DNA from: Felis catus | Taxonomy: Eukaryota | Assembly (NCBI RefSeq): GCF_018350175.1 | Contig: NC_058368.1 | Coordinates: 33,606,001 to 33,670,000, forward strand | Reading direction: 5' to 3' | DNA length: 64,000 nucleotides | Shown here: positions 24,500-36,998 of the stretch, in pieces | Position numbering within the stretch: position 1 is the first letter of the stretch | Layout of the letters: the number at the start of each line of letters is the position of its first letter | The notes under the pieces: generated by a model | What the model saw: the letters and a program-made list of their open reading frames with translations, nothing else | What the model was told of the DNA's origin: nothing | Databases searched by the model: none | Translations under genes and position numbers: made by a program

Positions 24500-25554
24500 A
24501 TGCAGATAACAAAAACAAATACACAAACATACAATGGAACACTTCCAACATAAAGCCACAGATATTGACGACCTAAAAAGGAAAAACTTATTTTATGCAA
24601 ACATTCTTGTACACAGCATAAAAAAGCTGAAGTGGTTCTATTAATATCAGAAAAAAGTGATTTCATAAAAACAATTGAGGAAGATGTAAATAAGGCCATT
24701 TCATATTGACAAAAGGGGTCATGTTATCAAAAATACTTAGAGTGTAAAATATGTATGCATGCAATAATAGAGATCCAGGATAAGGGAAAATATACACAAA
24801 TATAGCTGCAGATTTTAACATTACATTGTGAATTACTGAAAGAAAAAAGCAGACAAATCTAAATTGATGTATATAATTTGAACAATACAAATGGCCAAGG
24901 TGATGTCATATATATATATACATATATATGTATATATATATTTATATGTCGTATATATGTAATATATATATATTATATATATTTATGTCATATATATGTA
25001 ATATATAAGATATATATAACATATATATCATATATAATATATATCATATATATTATATATAACCCCAATCCATAAAATCAAGTACATTCTTCTCAAGTTA
25101 ATGTAAAACATTCACTCAAAATCACCAGAACAATTGGTCTCCATAAATTTCAAAAGATCAAAGCCATTCTGAGCATGGTTTCGCCATTCAGAGCATGGTT
25201 TCTGAACCACAAATGTATACATTAGAAATCATTAAGATCTTCAGAAAATCTTCAAATAATTGAAAATTAGACAAAACCCATTTCTATAATCCAAGTATCA
25301 AAGGAAAATATCAAAAGGGAAATTTTTAAAATACATTTTAATTAAAGAATAATGAAAACATGCCATTCTGATATTTGGAGCTATAGCAATCCTCGGAGCA
25401 ACTGTATGGTTTTCAATGTCTAAAATAGAGAAGAAAAGACATGGGACTTAAAAACTATTTGATAATAACAAATATTGTTGAGAATATGGAGCCAACTGAA
25501 TCTTCTCACCAATAGGGATAAAAAGGTCCAACTTTAAAAGGAAAACCCTGTTGG
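24500..25554 (+). mobile_element. Old L1 (L1M-era) ORF2 remnants, left part of an element split by the younger L1
   Basis: aaaaagctgaagtggttctattaatatcagaaaaaagtgatttc resembles the endonuclease region, and 25460-25554 resembles the ORF2 C-terminal region. May extend further left. Confidence 0.65.
24907..25061. repeat. Degenerate (TA)n low-complexity tract
   Basis: Direct reading. Confidence 0.9.
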
Positions 25555-27195
25555 GATCTTAGAGTTAAAATGACAGAGCAGTATGGGGATCCTGAGCTTG
25601 TCTCATCCCTAAAACGCAGCTAGATCGGCATCAAATCATTTGGCACACCTAGGAAACTGATCTGAGGATTAACTCAAAAATCTGCATGATTTGACCCAAA
25701 GAACTGAGCAGGTATGCAGTCTGGAGAGGTGAATTAGGGAAGAGAAAAGGCATGGAGTTGTGGAGGGTGGGAATCCATTTTCATAGATAGAGGACAGAGA
25801 GAGAAAGAGAAATGGGGAGAGTGAAGCACTTTGGGATTGGGCAATAAAAGCACCCCCTATCCCCTGAAAGTAGCTGGAAAGAAAGAGACAAAGACTGAAA
25901 ACCCCTTCAGGACTGGACAAGAAGGCTGTTTTCTAAAACCATTGACAGGGAGAAAGGAAAGGGTTTCAATGCCACCAGGATTCTATAAACAGTGGCACAC
26001 TGATTCTGAAGGTTTGGAGCTCAGTGCCTGGTGGTGCTTCAGTGAGGAAGTAGGGCAGGTAGAGCAGTCTGAGGGGGCTATGTGCCACATAGGGAAAAGA
26101 AATTCCCCTGCTTGGAGTGTATTTGCTAGAGGCCATAAGGCCTCCCCATGGGCCAAGTTCCTGGTGGTCCCTGGAGAGCTACCACATTTGCTCCTATTGA
26201 GACAAAGATGCCAGAACACAGCCAAACCTGGCACCAGCTGTGTGTTGGCATTTCCCATAAACCCTGAAACACTGCTGTTGTGCGATCACATGAAAGTTTT
26301 CTGGGATAGGCCAGCCCCTGTCCATTCCTTGGCTAGACACTCCCCCAGAGAATCAGTGTGGGTCCAAGCATAGGGGTTTCCAAAGTATGGGGTTTTGAGA
26401 CATAGCCCCACCTGAGATAAAACTCAGAAGGGAGGCATCACCTGGCAGATGGATAGCTCAGACACAGACCCAGACACAGACCTGGTGGAGGCAGGGAATG
26501 GATAAAAAACTGAGACAAAGGAGGGGTGTTGGATTGCATGTGTGTGAGGGCATGAAATTCCTGTTCCAGAGACTAGACAGCCAAGTGAAGCCATTTTCAC
26601 CTCTAGGACATGCATGCAGGCATACAGAGATTGATCCCATTGAGCTAAGCAACACCACCAAGGGGACAGTGGAGCCCTTACACCAAACCACACTCTCCTA
26701 CACCTTCCAGGTACATCCCCCAGAAGACTAGCACAAATCTGTTCCATCTGTTAAATCTACGGATGATAGTGTTCTGCAACGTTTCAGTTCTAGGGGAAAC
26801 TGGATGTAACTTCATTTGGGTTTCATTCTGTTTGCTTGTTTGTTTATTCATTTTATTTGCTTCTGTTTTTGCTTATTTTGTTTTCTATTTTCTTTCTTTT
26901 CTTTCTCTTTCTTGGATACAGAAAGAGCAAATTTATTTTATTATTTTTATTTTTATTCTATTTCATTTTTATTTTATTTTGTCCTGTTTTTATTATTATT
27001 ATTATTATTACTATTTAATTTTTTACATTTCTTTAACCTTTTTTTCGTTCTCTTTTTTCTCTTTTTTTCTATCAAGTTTCTCTCACCAAGCAGAACAAAA
27101 CACACCCAGGCTCTAGCTACCTTTGATTTTTTGTTTTGTTTTATTTTTAAGTTTTTAAATCTTATGTATTTTATTAATATTTTTTCTTCCTCTAA

Positions 27196-28025
27196 ATGAC
27201 AAGACAGAGGAATTCACCCCCCCCCAAAAGAGGAAGAAATGACACTCAGGGATTTCATCAACACAGATATAAGATGCCTGATCTAGAATTTCAAACCGTG
27301 ATTGTAAGAATACTAGCTGACATTGAAGAAAGCATAGAAGACACCAGAGAGAATCCCTTCCTGCAGAGATAAAAGAATTAAAGTCTAGTCAGGTCGAAAT
27401 TAGAAATGTCCTAAGATGCAGTGTCAAATGAATATCATGACAGAAATGATGAATGAAGCAGAGAAGTGAATCAATGGTATAGAATATAAAATTATGAAAA
27501 ATAATGAAGCAGAAAAAAAGAGGGAAACAAAGGGAAAAGATCACAATATGAGACTTAGAGAATAAGACGACTTACTAATGAGGAATAACATTTGTATCAT
27601 AGGAGTCCCAGAAGAAGAGAGAGAAAAGGGGGAATAAGGCTTATGTGAACAAATTTTAGCTGAAAATTTCCCTAATCTGGGAAATGACACAGACATCAAA
27701 ATCCAAGAAGCACAGAGAACATCCATTAGATTCAACAAAAACTGACTATCACCAAGGCATATCATAGTCAAATTCACAAAATACACAGATTAGGAAAGAA
27801 TGATGTTGTAGCAGATATGTCCACAGAAACTTGGCAGGCAAGAAATGAAGTGGCAGGATATATTTAATGTGCTGAATCGGAAAAATACGTAGCCAAGAAT
27901 TCTTTTTCCAGCAAGGCTATCATTGAAAATAAAAGAGATAAAGTTTCCCAGATAAATAAAAGTTAAAGGAGTTCATGACCACTAAACCAGCCCTGCAAGA
28001 AATTTTAAGGGGGACTCCTTGAGTG
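27196..28025 (+). pseudogene. Disrupted L1 ORF1
   Basis: Starts ATGACAAGACAGAGGAATTCACC (MTRQRNSP). Later aatttccctaatctggg (NFPNL) and atccaagaagcacagaga (IQEAQR) motifs. Stops, frameshifts and a deletion near 27800. Confidence 0.85.
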
Positions 28026-29770
28026 AACAAAAAGCAAAAGAAAAAAGGTCAAAGGCAACAAAGGCTAAAAAGACCAGAGAACATCACTAGAAACATCAAC
28101 TCTACAGGCAACAAAATGGCACTAAATTCATATTTTTAATAGTCACTCTAAATGTAAATGGACTAAATCAAAAGACACAGAGTATAAGAATGGATAAAAA
28201 AAAAAAGACTGATCTATATGCTGTCTAAAAGAGATTCATTTTAGACCTAAAGAAACATTCAGATTAAAAGAGAAGGAATAGAGAAGCATCTATCATACTA
28301 ATGGACTTCAAAAGAAAGCCAAAGTAGCCATACTTACATCAGACAAACTAGGTTTTAAAACAAATACTGTAACAAGAGATCATGAAGGGCATTAAATCAT
28401 AATTAAGGGGTTTATCCATCAAGAAGACCTAACAATTATAAATATTTATGCCCCCAACATGAAACAACCAAATATATAAATTAATTAATCACAAACATAA
28501 AGAAACTCATTGATAATAATACAAAAATAGTAGGGGACTTCCACACCCCACTTACAGCAATGAACAGAAAATAAGCAGAAAATCAACAGAGAAACAATGG
28601 CTTTGAATGACAACTGGACCAGATGGACTTAACAGATATATTCAAAACATTTCATCCTAAAGCAGAATACTCATTCTTTCTTAGTGCACATGGAACATTC
28701 TTGAAAATAGACAACATACTGGGTCACAAATCAGACCTAACAAGTACAAAAAGATCAATATCATACCATACTTATTTTCAGACCACAATGCTGTGAAACT
28801 TGAATCAACCACGATAAAAAATCTGGAAAGACCATAAATACTTGGAGATTAAACAACATCCTACTAAAGAGTAAATGGGTTAACCAAGAAACTAAAGAGG
28901 AAATTAAAAAGTACATAGGAGCCAAAGAAAATGAAAACACAACTGTCCAAAGCTTTTGGGATTCAGCAAAAGGTTAACAGGGAAGTATATAGCAATCCAG
29001 GACTTCCTAAATAAGAAAGAAAGATCTCAAATACATAACCTAATCTTATGCCTCAAGGAACTGGGGTGGGGTAGGGGGAACAACAAGGAAACAATAGGAA
29101 ATAATGCCCGAAGTCAGCAGAAGAAGGGAAATAATAAAGATTAGAGCAGAAGTCAGATATCAAAAAAACAAACAAACGTACAAAAAACAAAACAAAACAA
29201 AACAGTAGAACAGATCAAGGGAACCATGAGCTGGTTCTTTGGAAGAATTAACAAAATAGATAAGCCCCTAGGCAGATTGATGAAAAAGAAAAATGAAAAG
29301 ACCCAAATAAATAAAATCATAAGTGAAGGAGGAAAGATCACAACAAACACCTCAAAAATACAAAAAGTAACATGAGAATATTATGAGAAATTATATGTCA
29401 ACAAATTGGGCAATCTGGAATAAATGGATAAATTGCTAAACACAAAGTAACTAAAGTACTAAAACTGAAACAAGAAGAAATAGAAACTTTGAAAAGATCC
29501 ACAGCAAGTAAAGAAATTGAATCAGTAATATAAAATCTCCCAAAACACAAGAGTTCAGGGCCAGATGGCCTCCCAGGGGAATTCTACCAAATATTTAGAG
29601 TTAATACCTACTTTTTGAATGTGTTCCAAAAAATAGAAATGGAAGGAAAACTTCCAAGTTCATTCTCTAAAGCCAGCATTACCTTGATTCCAAAAGTAAA
29701 GATCCCACTAAAAAGGAGAATTACAGACCAATTTCCCTGACGAACATGGATGCAAAAATCCTCAACAAGA

Positions 29771-29996
29771 AGAGTGCCTGGGTGGTTCAGTTGGCTAAGC
29801 ATCCAGCTTTGGCTCAGGTCATGATCTCACAGCTCATGAGTTTGGGCCCCGTGTCAGGCTCTGTGCTGACAGGATGGAGCCTGGAGCCTGCTTTGGATTC
29901 TGTGTTTCCCTCTCTCCAGGACTCTCCTCTGCTTATACTCTGTCTCTCTCTCAAAAATAAATATTAAAATTGTTTTAAATAAAAAACTAAATTAAA
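29771..29996 (+). mobile_element. Can-SINE in L1 ORF2
   Basis: TSD aaaat(c/t)ctcaacaaga at ~29755-29770 and 29997-30012. Confidence 0.95.
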
Positions 29997-32001
29997 AAAA
30001 TTCTCAACAAGATACTAGTAAATCAAATCCAATAGCACATTAAAAGAATTATTCACCATGATCAAGTGAGATTCATTCCTGAGCTGCAGAGCTAATTCAA
30101 TATTTCAAATCAATCAACATGCTACATCACATTAATAAAAGAAAGGATAGGAACCACATGACCCTTTCAATAAATGCAGAAAAAGGCTTTAACAAAATAC
30201 AGCATCCTTTCTTGATAAAAACCCTCAAAAATAGAGATAGAAGGAACATTCCTCAATATCATAAAGGCCATATATAAAAGGCCCACAGCTAATATCTTCG
30301 ATGGATAAAAACTGAGAGCTTTCCCCCTAAAGTCAGAAAAACCACAGGGATGTCCATTCTCACCACTGTTGTTCAACATAGTACTGGAAGTCCTAGCCTC
30401 AATCAGACAACAAAACAAATAAAAAGCATCCAAATTGGCAAGGAAAAAGGCAAACTTTCACTCTTTGAAGATAACATGATACTCTATGTGGAAAACCTGA
30501 AAGACCACCAAAAAATGTTGGAACTGATACATAAATTCAGCAAAGTCGCAGGATATAAAATCAATGTGCCGAAATCAGTTGCATATCTATACATCAATAA
30601 TGATGCAACACAAAGAGTAATCAAGGAATTGATCCCATTTACAATTGCACCAACCACCATAAAATACCTAAGAATAAACCTAACCAAAGAGGTAAACGAT
30701 CTATATGCTGAAAACTATAGAAAGCTTATGAAAGAAATTGAAGATGACAAAAAGAAATGGAAAAACATGGAATGTTCATTAATTAGAAAAACACTGTTAA
30801 AATATCTATACTACCCAAAGCAATCTACACATTCAATGCGATCCTTATCAAAATAACACCAGCATTCTTCTCAGAGCTAGACCAATCAATTCTAAAATTT
30901 GTATGGAACCAGAAAAGACTCTGAATAGCCAAAGTAATGTTGAAAAAGAAAACCAAGAATGAGGCATCACAATTCTGGACTTCAAGCTGTATTACAAAGC
31001 TGTAATCATCAAGACAATATGGTACTGGCACAGAAACAGACACGTATATCAATGGAACAGAATAGAGAACCCAGAAATGGACCCACAAAAGTATGGCCAA
31101 CTAATCCTTGACCAAACAGGAAAGAATATCCAATGGAAAAAAGACAGCCTTTTCAGCAAATGGTGTTGGAAAATTGGACAACAACATGCAGAAGAATGAA
31201 CCTGGACCACTTTCTTACACCATACACAGAAATAAACTCAAAATGGATGAAAGGAGATCCTAGAGGAGGAATCCTAGAGGAGAAAATCCTAGAGGAGAAA
31301 ACAGAAAACAACTTCTTGACCTCAGCCACAGCAACCTTAGTAGATATATCTCTGCAGGCAAGGCAAACAAAAGCAAACATGAACTATTGAGACTTCATCA
31401 AGATAAAAAGCTTCTGCACAGCCAAGGAAACCACAAACAAAAATAAAAGGTGGCCTATGGAGAAGGGAGAATATACTTGCAAATGACATATTTGATGAAG
31501 CATTAGTATCCAAAATCTATAAAGAACTTATCAAACTCAACACCCAAAAAATAAATAATCCATTGAGGAAATGGGCAGAAGACATGAATAGACATTTTCC
31601 AAAGAAGACATCCAGATGGCTACATCACTCATCATCAGGGAAATGCAAATCCAAACCACAATGAGATATTACCACATACCTGTCAGGTGGCTAAAATTAA
31701 CAACCAGGAAAAAACAGATGTTGGGAAGGATGTGGAGAAACAGGAACCCATTTGCACTCTTGATGGGAATGCACACTAATACAGCCACTCAGGAAAATAG
31801 TATGAAGGTTCCTCAACAAATTAAAAATAGAGCTATCTACAGTCCAACATTTGCACTAGTAGGTATTTATCCAAAGGATACAAAAATGCTGATTCGAAGG
31901 GGCACATGCACCCCAATGATTGTAACAACACTATTAACAATAGCCAAATTATGGAAAGAACTCAAATGTCTATTGACTAATGAATGGATAAAGAAGACAT
32001 G

Positions 32002-32047
<46 letters not shown>
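32002..32047. repeat. (TG)n microsatellite in L1
   Basis: Direct reading. Confidence 0.95.
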
Positions 32048-32051
<4 letters not shown>

Positions 32052-32521
32052 ATTACTTGTCAATGATATTATTTGGCAATGATAAAGAATGATAATCTGC
32101 CATTTGCAACATCATGGATGGAACTAGAATCTAATATGCTAAGCAAAACAAGTCAGTCAGAAAGACAAATACCATATGATTTCACTCATATGTGGAATTT
32201 AGGAAACAAAACTGAGAACATAAGGGAAGGGCAGAAAAACAAGAAAAACAGAGAGGGAGGTAAACCATAAGAAACTCTTAAATACAGAGAAAAAACCTGA
32301 GGGTTTCTGGAGAGAAAGCAGGTAGGGGGATGGGCTAAATGGGTGATGGGTACTAAGGAGGGCATTTGTTAGGATGAACACTGGGTGTTATATGTAAGTG
32401 ATGAATCACTAAGTTCTTCTCCTGAAACCATTGTTACACTATGTGTTAACTAACTTGGATTTAAATAAAATAAAAAAATAATAAAATAAAATAATAAAAT
32501 AAAATAGTAAAAAACTGTTGG

Positions 32522-33105
32522 TTGATTCTTATAAACATTCACTTACTCTATCATTCAGCAATTCTACTTCTAGATATTATTTAAAAGATAAAAACATGCA
32601 CACACCAAGAGTTTTACAAAGATATTCATAACTACTCATTCTAGGCCAAATTGAAAGCATCCCATATTTTCATCAAGAGAAAAACAAACTCATCTATTCA
32701 TACAATAATAGCATACTACTCAGCAATAATAAGAATATATTAAGGATACATGAAAATACAAGGATAATGTCAAGAATATTAAACTAAGTGAGAGAATTCA
32801 GACACAAACGAGTACATAACTGTGTAATTTCTTTTATATGACATTTGAAGATAGGCAAACCCATAGTAAGAGAAATCCATGGTGAGAGAAATCAAAACAA
32901 TTCTTGCTTGAGCAAAAGCTGAAATTTACTGAGCAAGAGGAAGTATTGCTCAGTATAATGGGCAAGAGGAAGAATTCTTGGGCAGAAAACATGTATTGAT
33001 AAGGATGCTTACACAGATTTATGTCTTTGTCAAAACTGATCCAAATGTACACTTAGGAGCAGTTGATTTCACTTACCATTTGGTTTCAATTATGTCTCAA
33101 TAAAA
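32522..33105 (+). mobile_element. Old L1 (L1MC/MD/ME-like) 3' end, right part of the split element
   Basis: cagcaattctacttctagat resumes the ORF2 C-terminal sequence left off at 25554. Ends aattatgtctcaataaaa. Confidence 0.7.
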
Positions 33106-33129
33106 GAAACAGTCTTGCAAAAATGAAGA

Positions 33130-34770
33130 TACTATTTACAGTAGCAACAGAATCTCAAGAATCTAGGAACTTAAACAAAAATATATACAATCTCTATATA
33201 GAACATATTCAAATTCTATGAACAATAGGCACCTGGATGGCTCAAGTTGGTTAAGCATCCTACTTCAGCTCAGGTTATGATCTCACAGTTTGGGAGTTCA
33301 AGCCCCACATTGGGCTCCACAATAACAGTGTGGAGCCTGCTTGGGATTCTCTCTCTCTCCCTCTTCCCCTCCCCCACTTGCACTTTCTCTTTTAAAACAA
33401 ATAAATGAACTTAAAAAAGTTTTATGGTGGAGTATAAAATAAGATCTGAATAAATAAAAGCCCAACTTAAAAATATGGTAATATACTCAATGCAATTTTA
33501 GTCAAATTTCCATCTAAATTTTTGAGAAGCTTGATAAATTTATATAAGAAAACATATATGGAGAATAAAAACACCAAGGATAGCTGAGTAAACTTATATA
33601 TAAAAAACATATAAAAAAGAAACAGGAACCAAACAAAGCAAAACAATAACAAAAGACAAAACTTACCAGCCAAATAGTAAGACTGCAAATATTCATCAAT
33701 GTAATACTGATGCAAGAACAGAAATAAAGTTTACATTGGTACATAATAGAGAGGGGTACAGAAAATATTTATATATTAATACTTAGTACATATATTCCTC
33801 TAATTTAATGGGGGAAAGTATGTATAGTTTGAGAAATGTAGGGGAAATTGGGTTAACCCAGAGAAACGATAATGTACTGAATTCCTATATATAACAAGGA
33901 TCCATGTGGATTAAGGACATTTGTTTGAAAAAGGGAAACTATCTCTTTTTAAAGTTAAAAAAGGGAAACTATAAAGTTAAAAAATGTAAAAATATTATTG
34001 CTATGCAAGTGTAAAAATGTCTACTTAATAAAACCCATAAGTGCAAACACTGAGGCAAAAAATTGATTTTTATTGTGGGTCATTTTTAATGGAGAGAATC
34101 ATGGACAGGGTAACAAAAAATGGCAATATGAAAGATATTTGTATTATCTAAAATAAATAAGTTCATGGCATTAAAATAAAAATAAAAAGAAATATTTAGG
34201 AATCAAAAATAAATACGCAGGTAACGTAACAGAACTGGAAAACAGATATGAATAGCCATTTCAGAGAAGATGAAACCCAAAATTTCACCAAGTGAAAAGA
34301 CATATTCAAATGCATTACAGAACTGCAACTTAAAAACAACCTCTTAGCACACTGCCGTCATTCCATCAGGAAAACCTGGAATATGCTGAATTTTGTTATC
34401 AGCTGTGTAAGATAGAATGACGAAGCATTGCAGTTGAAAACGTAAAGGAATGGAGCCATCCTAGTTACGTGATATCTGGACTCGAAGTATAGAAACAATT
34501 GTCACCCATGTGTACATTTGAGGATGTTTATCACAGAATTGTTTACAGTCGTGGGAAGCTGGAATCCTCCCAGAAATCCACACTGGGGAAACAGGAAGAC
34601 CACGGTAGATATACAACACCGTGTACAATGCAGCGGTTGGAAGCGACCAATATCAGACACACACAATCATGAACATACATACACACACAGTCAACATGGA
34701 TATTCCCTGAAGACATTATTGACAGAAAAAAAAAGGTTCTATTGAAAACTATCGTTTACATAAATTAAGT
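33130..34770 (+). mobile_element. Old L1 (L1ME-like) ORF2 3' part and 3'UTR
   Basis: Diverged motifs tttacagtagcaaca, ttcagagaagatgaaaccca and gatgtttatcacagaattgtttaca. Confidence 0.6.
33227..33418 (+). mobile_element. Can-SINE
   Basis: ggcacctggatggctc head, ttcaagccccac B-box region, A-tail. Confidence 0.93.
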
Positions 34771-35379
34771 GCAGTAAAAGTAGAATTGAAGACTTGATGG
34801 CAAGAATTTGAGGTGGTTGTTTGTGACAGACTCTGTTTGTTCTACCAGGTAGGAGGCCAGGTCATCTGCTGAGAACCACTCAAGTAGAGGAGTGTGGAGA
34901 ATAGAAAAGTTTGACTATAGAAACTAGATAAAAGAAATGTAATAATAAAATTTTCAGCCAGCATGGAGGTCCAGCTGAGGTTAGTGACTATGCACTTACA
35001 TTGCTAACAATCTCCTCAGTGTGTGTTTTTTTCTCCTACTGTTTTTAGCTGCCCCGTAGGAGGCTTGGAGAAGGCAGATAGTGAAGAGCCTTTAAAAAAA
35101 ATAAAAAGGCAAAAAATCCATTCATTTATTCAAGTAAATAGACCTTTCTTGTGTTGTTGTTTTTGGTTTTTAATTCTTCAAGCAGTACTTACTTCATATT
35201 TACTTGATGCTCCCGGTGAAGAGCACAAAATGAGCTGTGATTAAAAATGGCAGAATTTACAACAGATCAAGTTAAAGGCTAAGACAGGTTTGGAAATCTA
35301 ATCAAAAGTATGATTTCAGGTAGTTACCTTTGAAAAATCTTGCTTGAAAATGGAATAGATGCTATGTAAATCCGGAGGG

Positions 35380-35480
35380 ATGGATTGTAATCCTGGCACC
35401 ATCATTAGTGAGCTTTGTGAGTTGAGACCCCCTTCCCAACTCTTTTGAACATTAACTCCATCATCCATTAAATGAAATGA
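35380..35480 (+). mobile_element. MIR fragment
   Basis: aatcctggcaccatcattagtgagctttgtgagttg...catcatccattaaatgaaatga resembles the MIR core. Confidence 0.45.
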
Positions 35481-36619
35481 TCAGATTTTTGGTCTCTGCA
35501 TCTCTCGCACGGCAGACCTCATAAGGCGAGCGATTCTAGCCAGCATCTCCCACATCACCACCAAATTCTTGGACAAATAGAAACGCTACTGAAATGACTT
35601 AAATATCTTTATGTAAGAACACTATAATGAAACATAGACAACGTTGTATCTTTGAATAGCAATCTCAACAGCTGTTAAACTACAGATTTTAGAATGTATT
35701 CTCTTGATCTTCATTTCCTGCACTAACAAGACTTTGAAATTAGGTTCTAGTAGTCACCAGACTATAGCTTCACCCATTATTGTAAATACAATGAAGACAG
35801 GCAGTTAACATTTGTTTTCTGATTTCTTTATCTGAATAGTACTATTATGGAAGTTATGCAGTTAAGAATATATTCATTATGTTACCTGAATCTTATGGTT
35901 GCCTGTAGTGCTTCCTGTGGATCCATTTTATCCAAAACATCTGGCCCTGAAAACAATGACATCACCTTAGGAGCTTATTTTCCCCAAAAGAAAGGAAAAA
36001 GTTAAATAAACCATGATTCTTCTTCATGGAAAAATTTTAAAAGATATACAATGAAATAAATAAATGCTTCATGTTCAGCACTATGCTTCATATGTAACAA
36101 ATACATTAGGGAAGTAATAAATCTGATATCCTGACTACCAAACTTAAAGTAACCCCATTGTGTCTTTTAAACACCACAATTAAATCACCGTAAGATACAG
36201 AAAAAAATATATGGGCTAAAATATTCTAGTTGTTTTTAAAAGACACATACATGTGCCTTAGGCACATGTATAGTGGAAATAATAATGTGTGGTATAATGA
36301 TAAAAATAATGTATAGTATGAAGTGAAAATGTATAGTATGAGGAAAAATGTTTTGATAAAAGTGAAATTAGGACTTGATATTCTTTGATTTTTTTTAAAT
36401 GTGACTTAGGAAAGTATTAATGAAAGATGAGAAATGATAAAATTAAAAATATTTCTCAAACATCCTACAGCTGCCACATAGGTTAATGTCTAATCTTCCA
36501 AATTAAGAATATATAAACATATATATTTCATACATATGTGCATGTATAAAGATTACACATGTGTAATCTACATCCGTACATATACACATGCATGTTTGCT
36601 CATATATATCTGACTATGT

Positions 36620-36998
36620 TTTTTCTTTTCAGGCACAGGATTATATTTTCTACCCCATCCGTTAGCTAGATAGGGCCATGCAACTTATTTTGGCCAATGG
36701 ATTGGGATAGAGATGGCATGTGTCTCTTTCTGGCCAATGTATTCAGTTTCTAGCGTAAGACTCTTCTTCCTTATGGTAATCATGGAAGAATGTATTTAGG
36801 TGGAGCCACAGTTTAGAAATCAGCTGCTTAGGCAAATAACCCACACCTGCAGTGCATTTTATATGAGTAAGGATAAAGTACAAAACAACAAACAAACACC
36901 TAACCTCGCTCTCCCATTAAAAAAAAAAAAAGATACTCTGTTGTGTTATTTACTTAAGGCGTTGTGTTTACATAAAACAGATTGTCTATGCTGACTGA
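36620..36998 (+). mobile_element. Old MaLR LTR (MLT1H/I/J-like)
   Basis: agggccatgcaacttattttggccaatgg...gcatgtgtctctttctggcc and the 3' end gtctatgctgactgat. Confidence 0.65.

Larger units (their letters stand above)
28116..32202 (+). pseudogene. Disrupted L1 ORF2 (endonuclease/reverse transcriptase)
   Basis: Starts MALNS; aatgtaaatggacta (NVNGL); LSLFEDNMILY (decayed FADD motif). Fragmented across frames and interrupted by a SINE. Confidence 0.9.
25555..32508 (+). mobile_element. Full-length decayed carnivore/feline L1
   Basis: GC-richer 5'UTR (25.56-26.75 kb), T-rich linker, ORF1 and ORF2 relics, 3'UTR and (AATAA)n tail at 32463-32508. TSD aaaa(cc/aa)ctgttgg at 25542-25554 and 32509-32521. 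Confidence 0.96.

Noticed and set aside
25163..25202. 20-bp tandem duplication (similar ones near 16214, 33930, 36308, 38668)
   Set aside because: Ordinary slippage-type micro-duplications with no shared unit or spacer structure.
25831..26373. 180-aa sense ORF
   Set aside because: Non-ATG start inside a GC-rich L1 5'UTR; expected by chance.
26763..27199. Phe/Leu-rich membrane-protein-like ORFs
   Set aside because: Translation of the T-rich low-complexity linker upstream of L1 ORF1.
30350..30856. 168-aa reverse-transcriptase-like ORF as a functional or domesticated RT
   Set aside because: A fragment of a frameshifted L1 ORF2 whose catalytic motif has decayed to FEDN.
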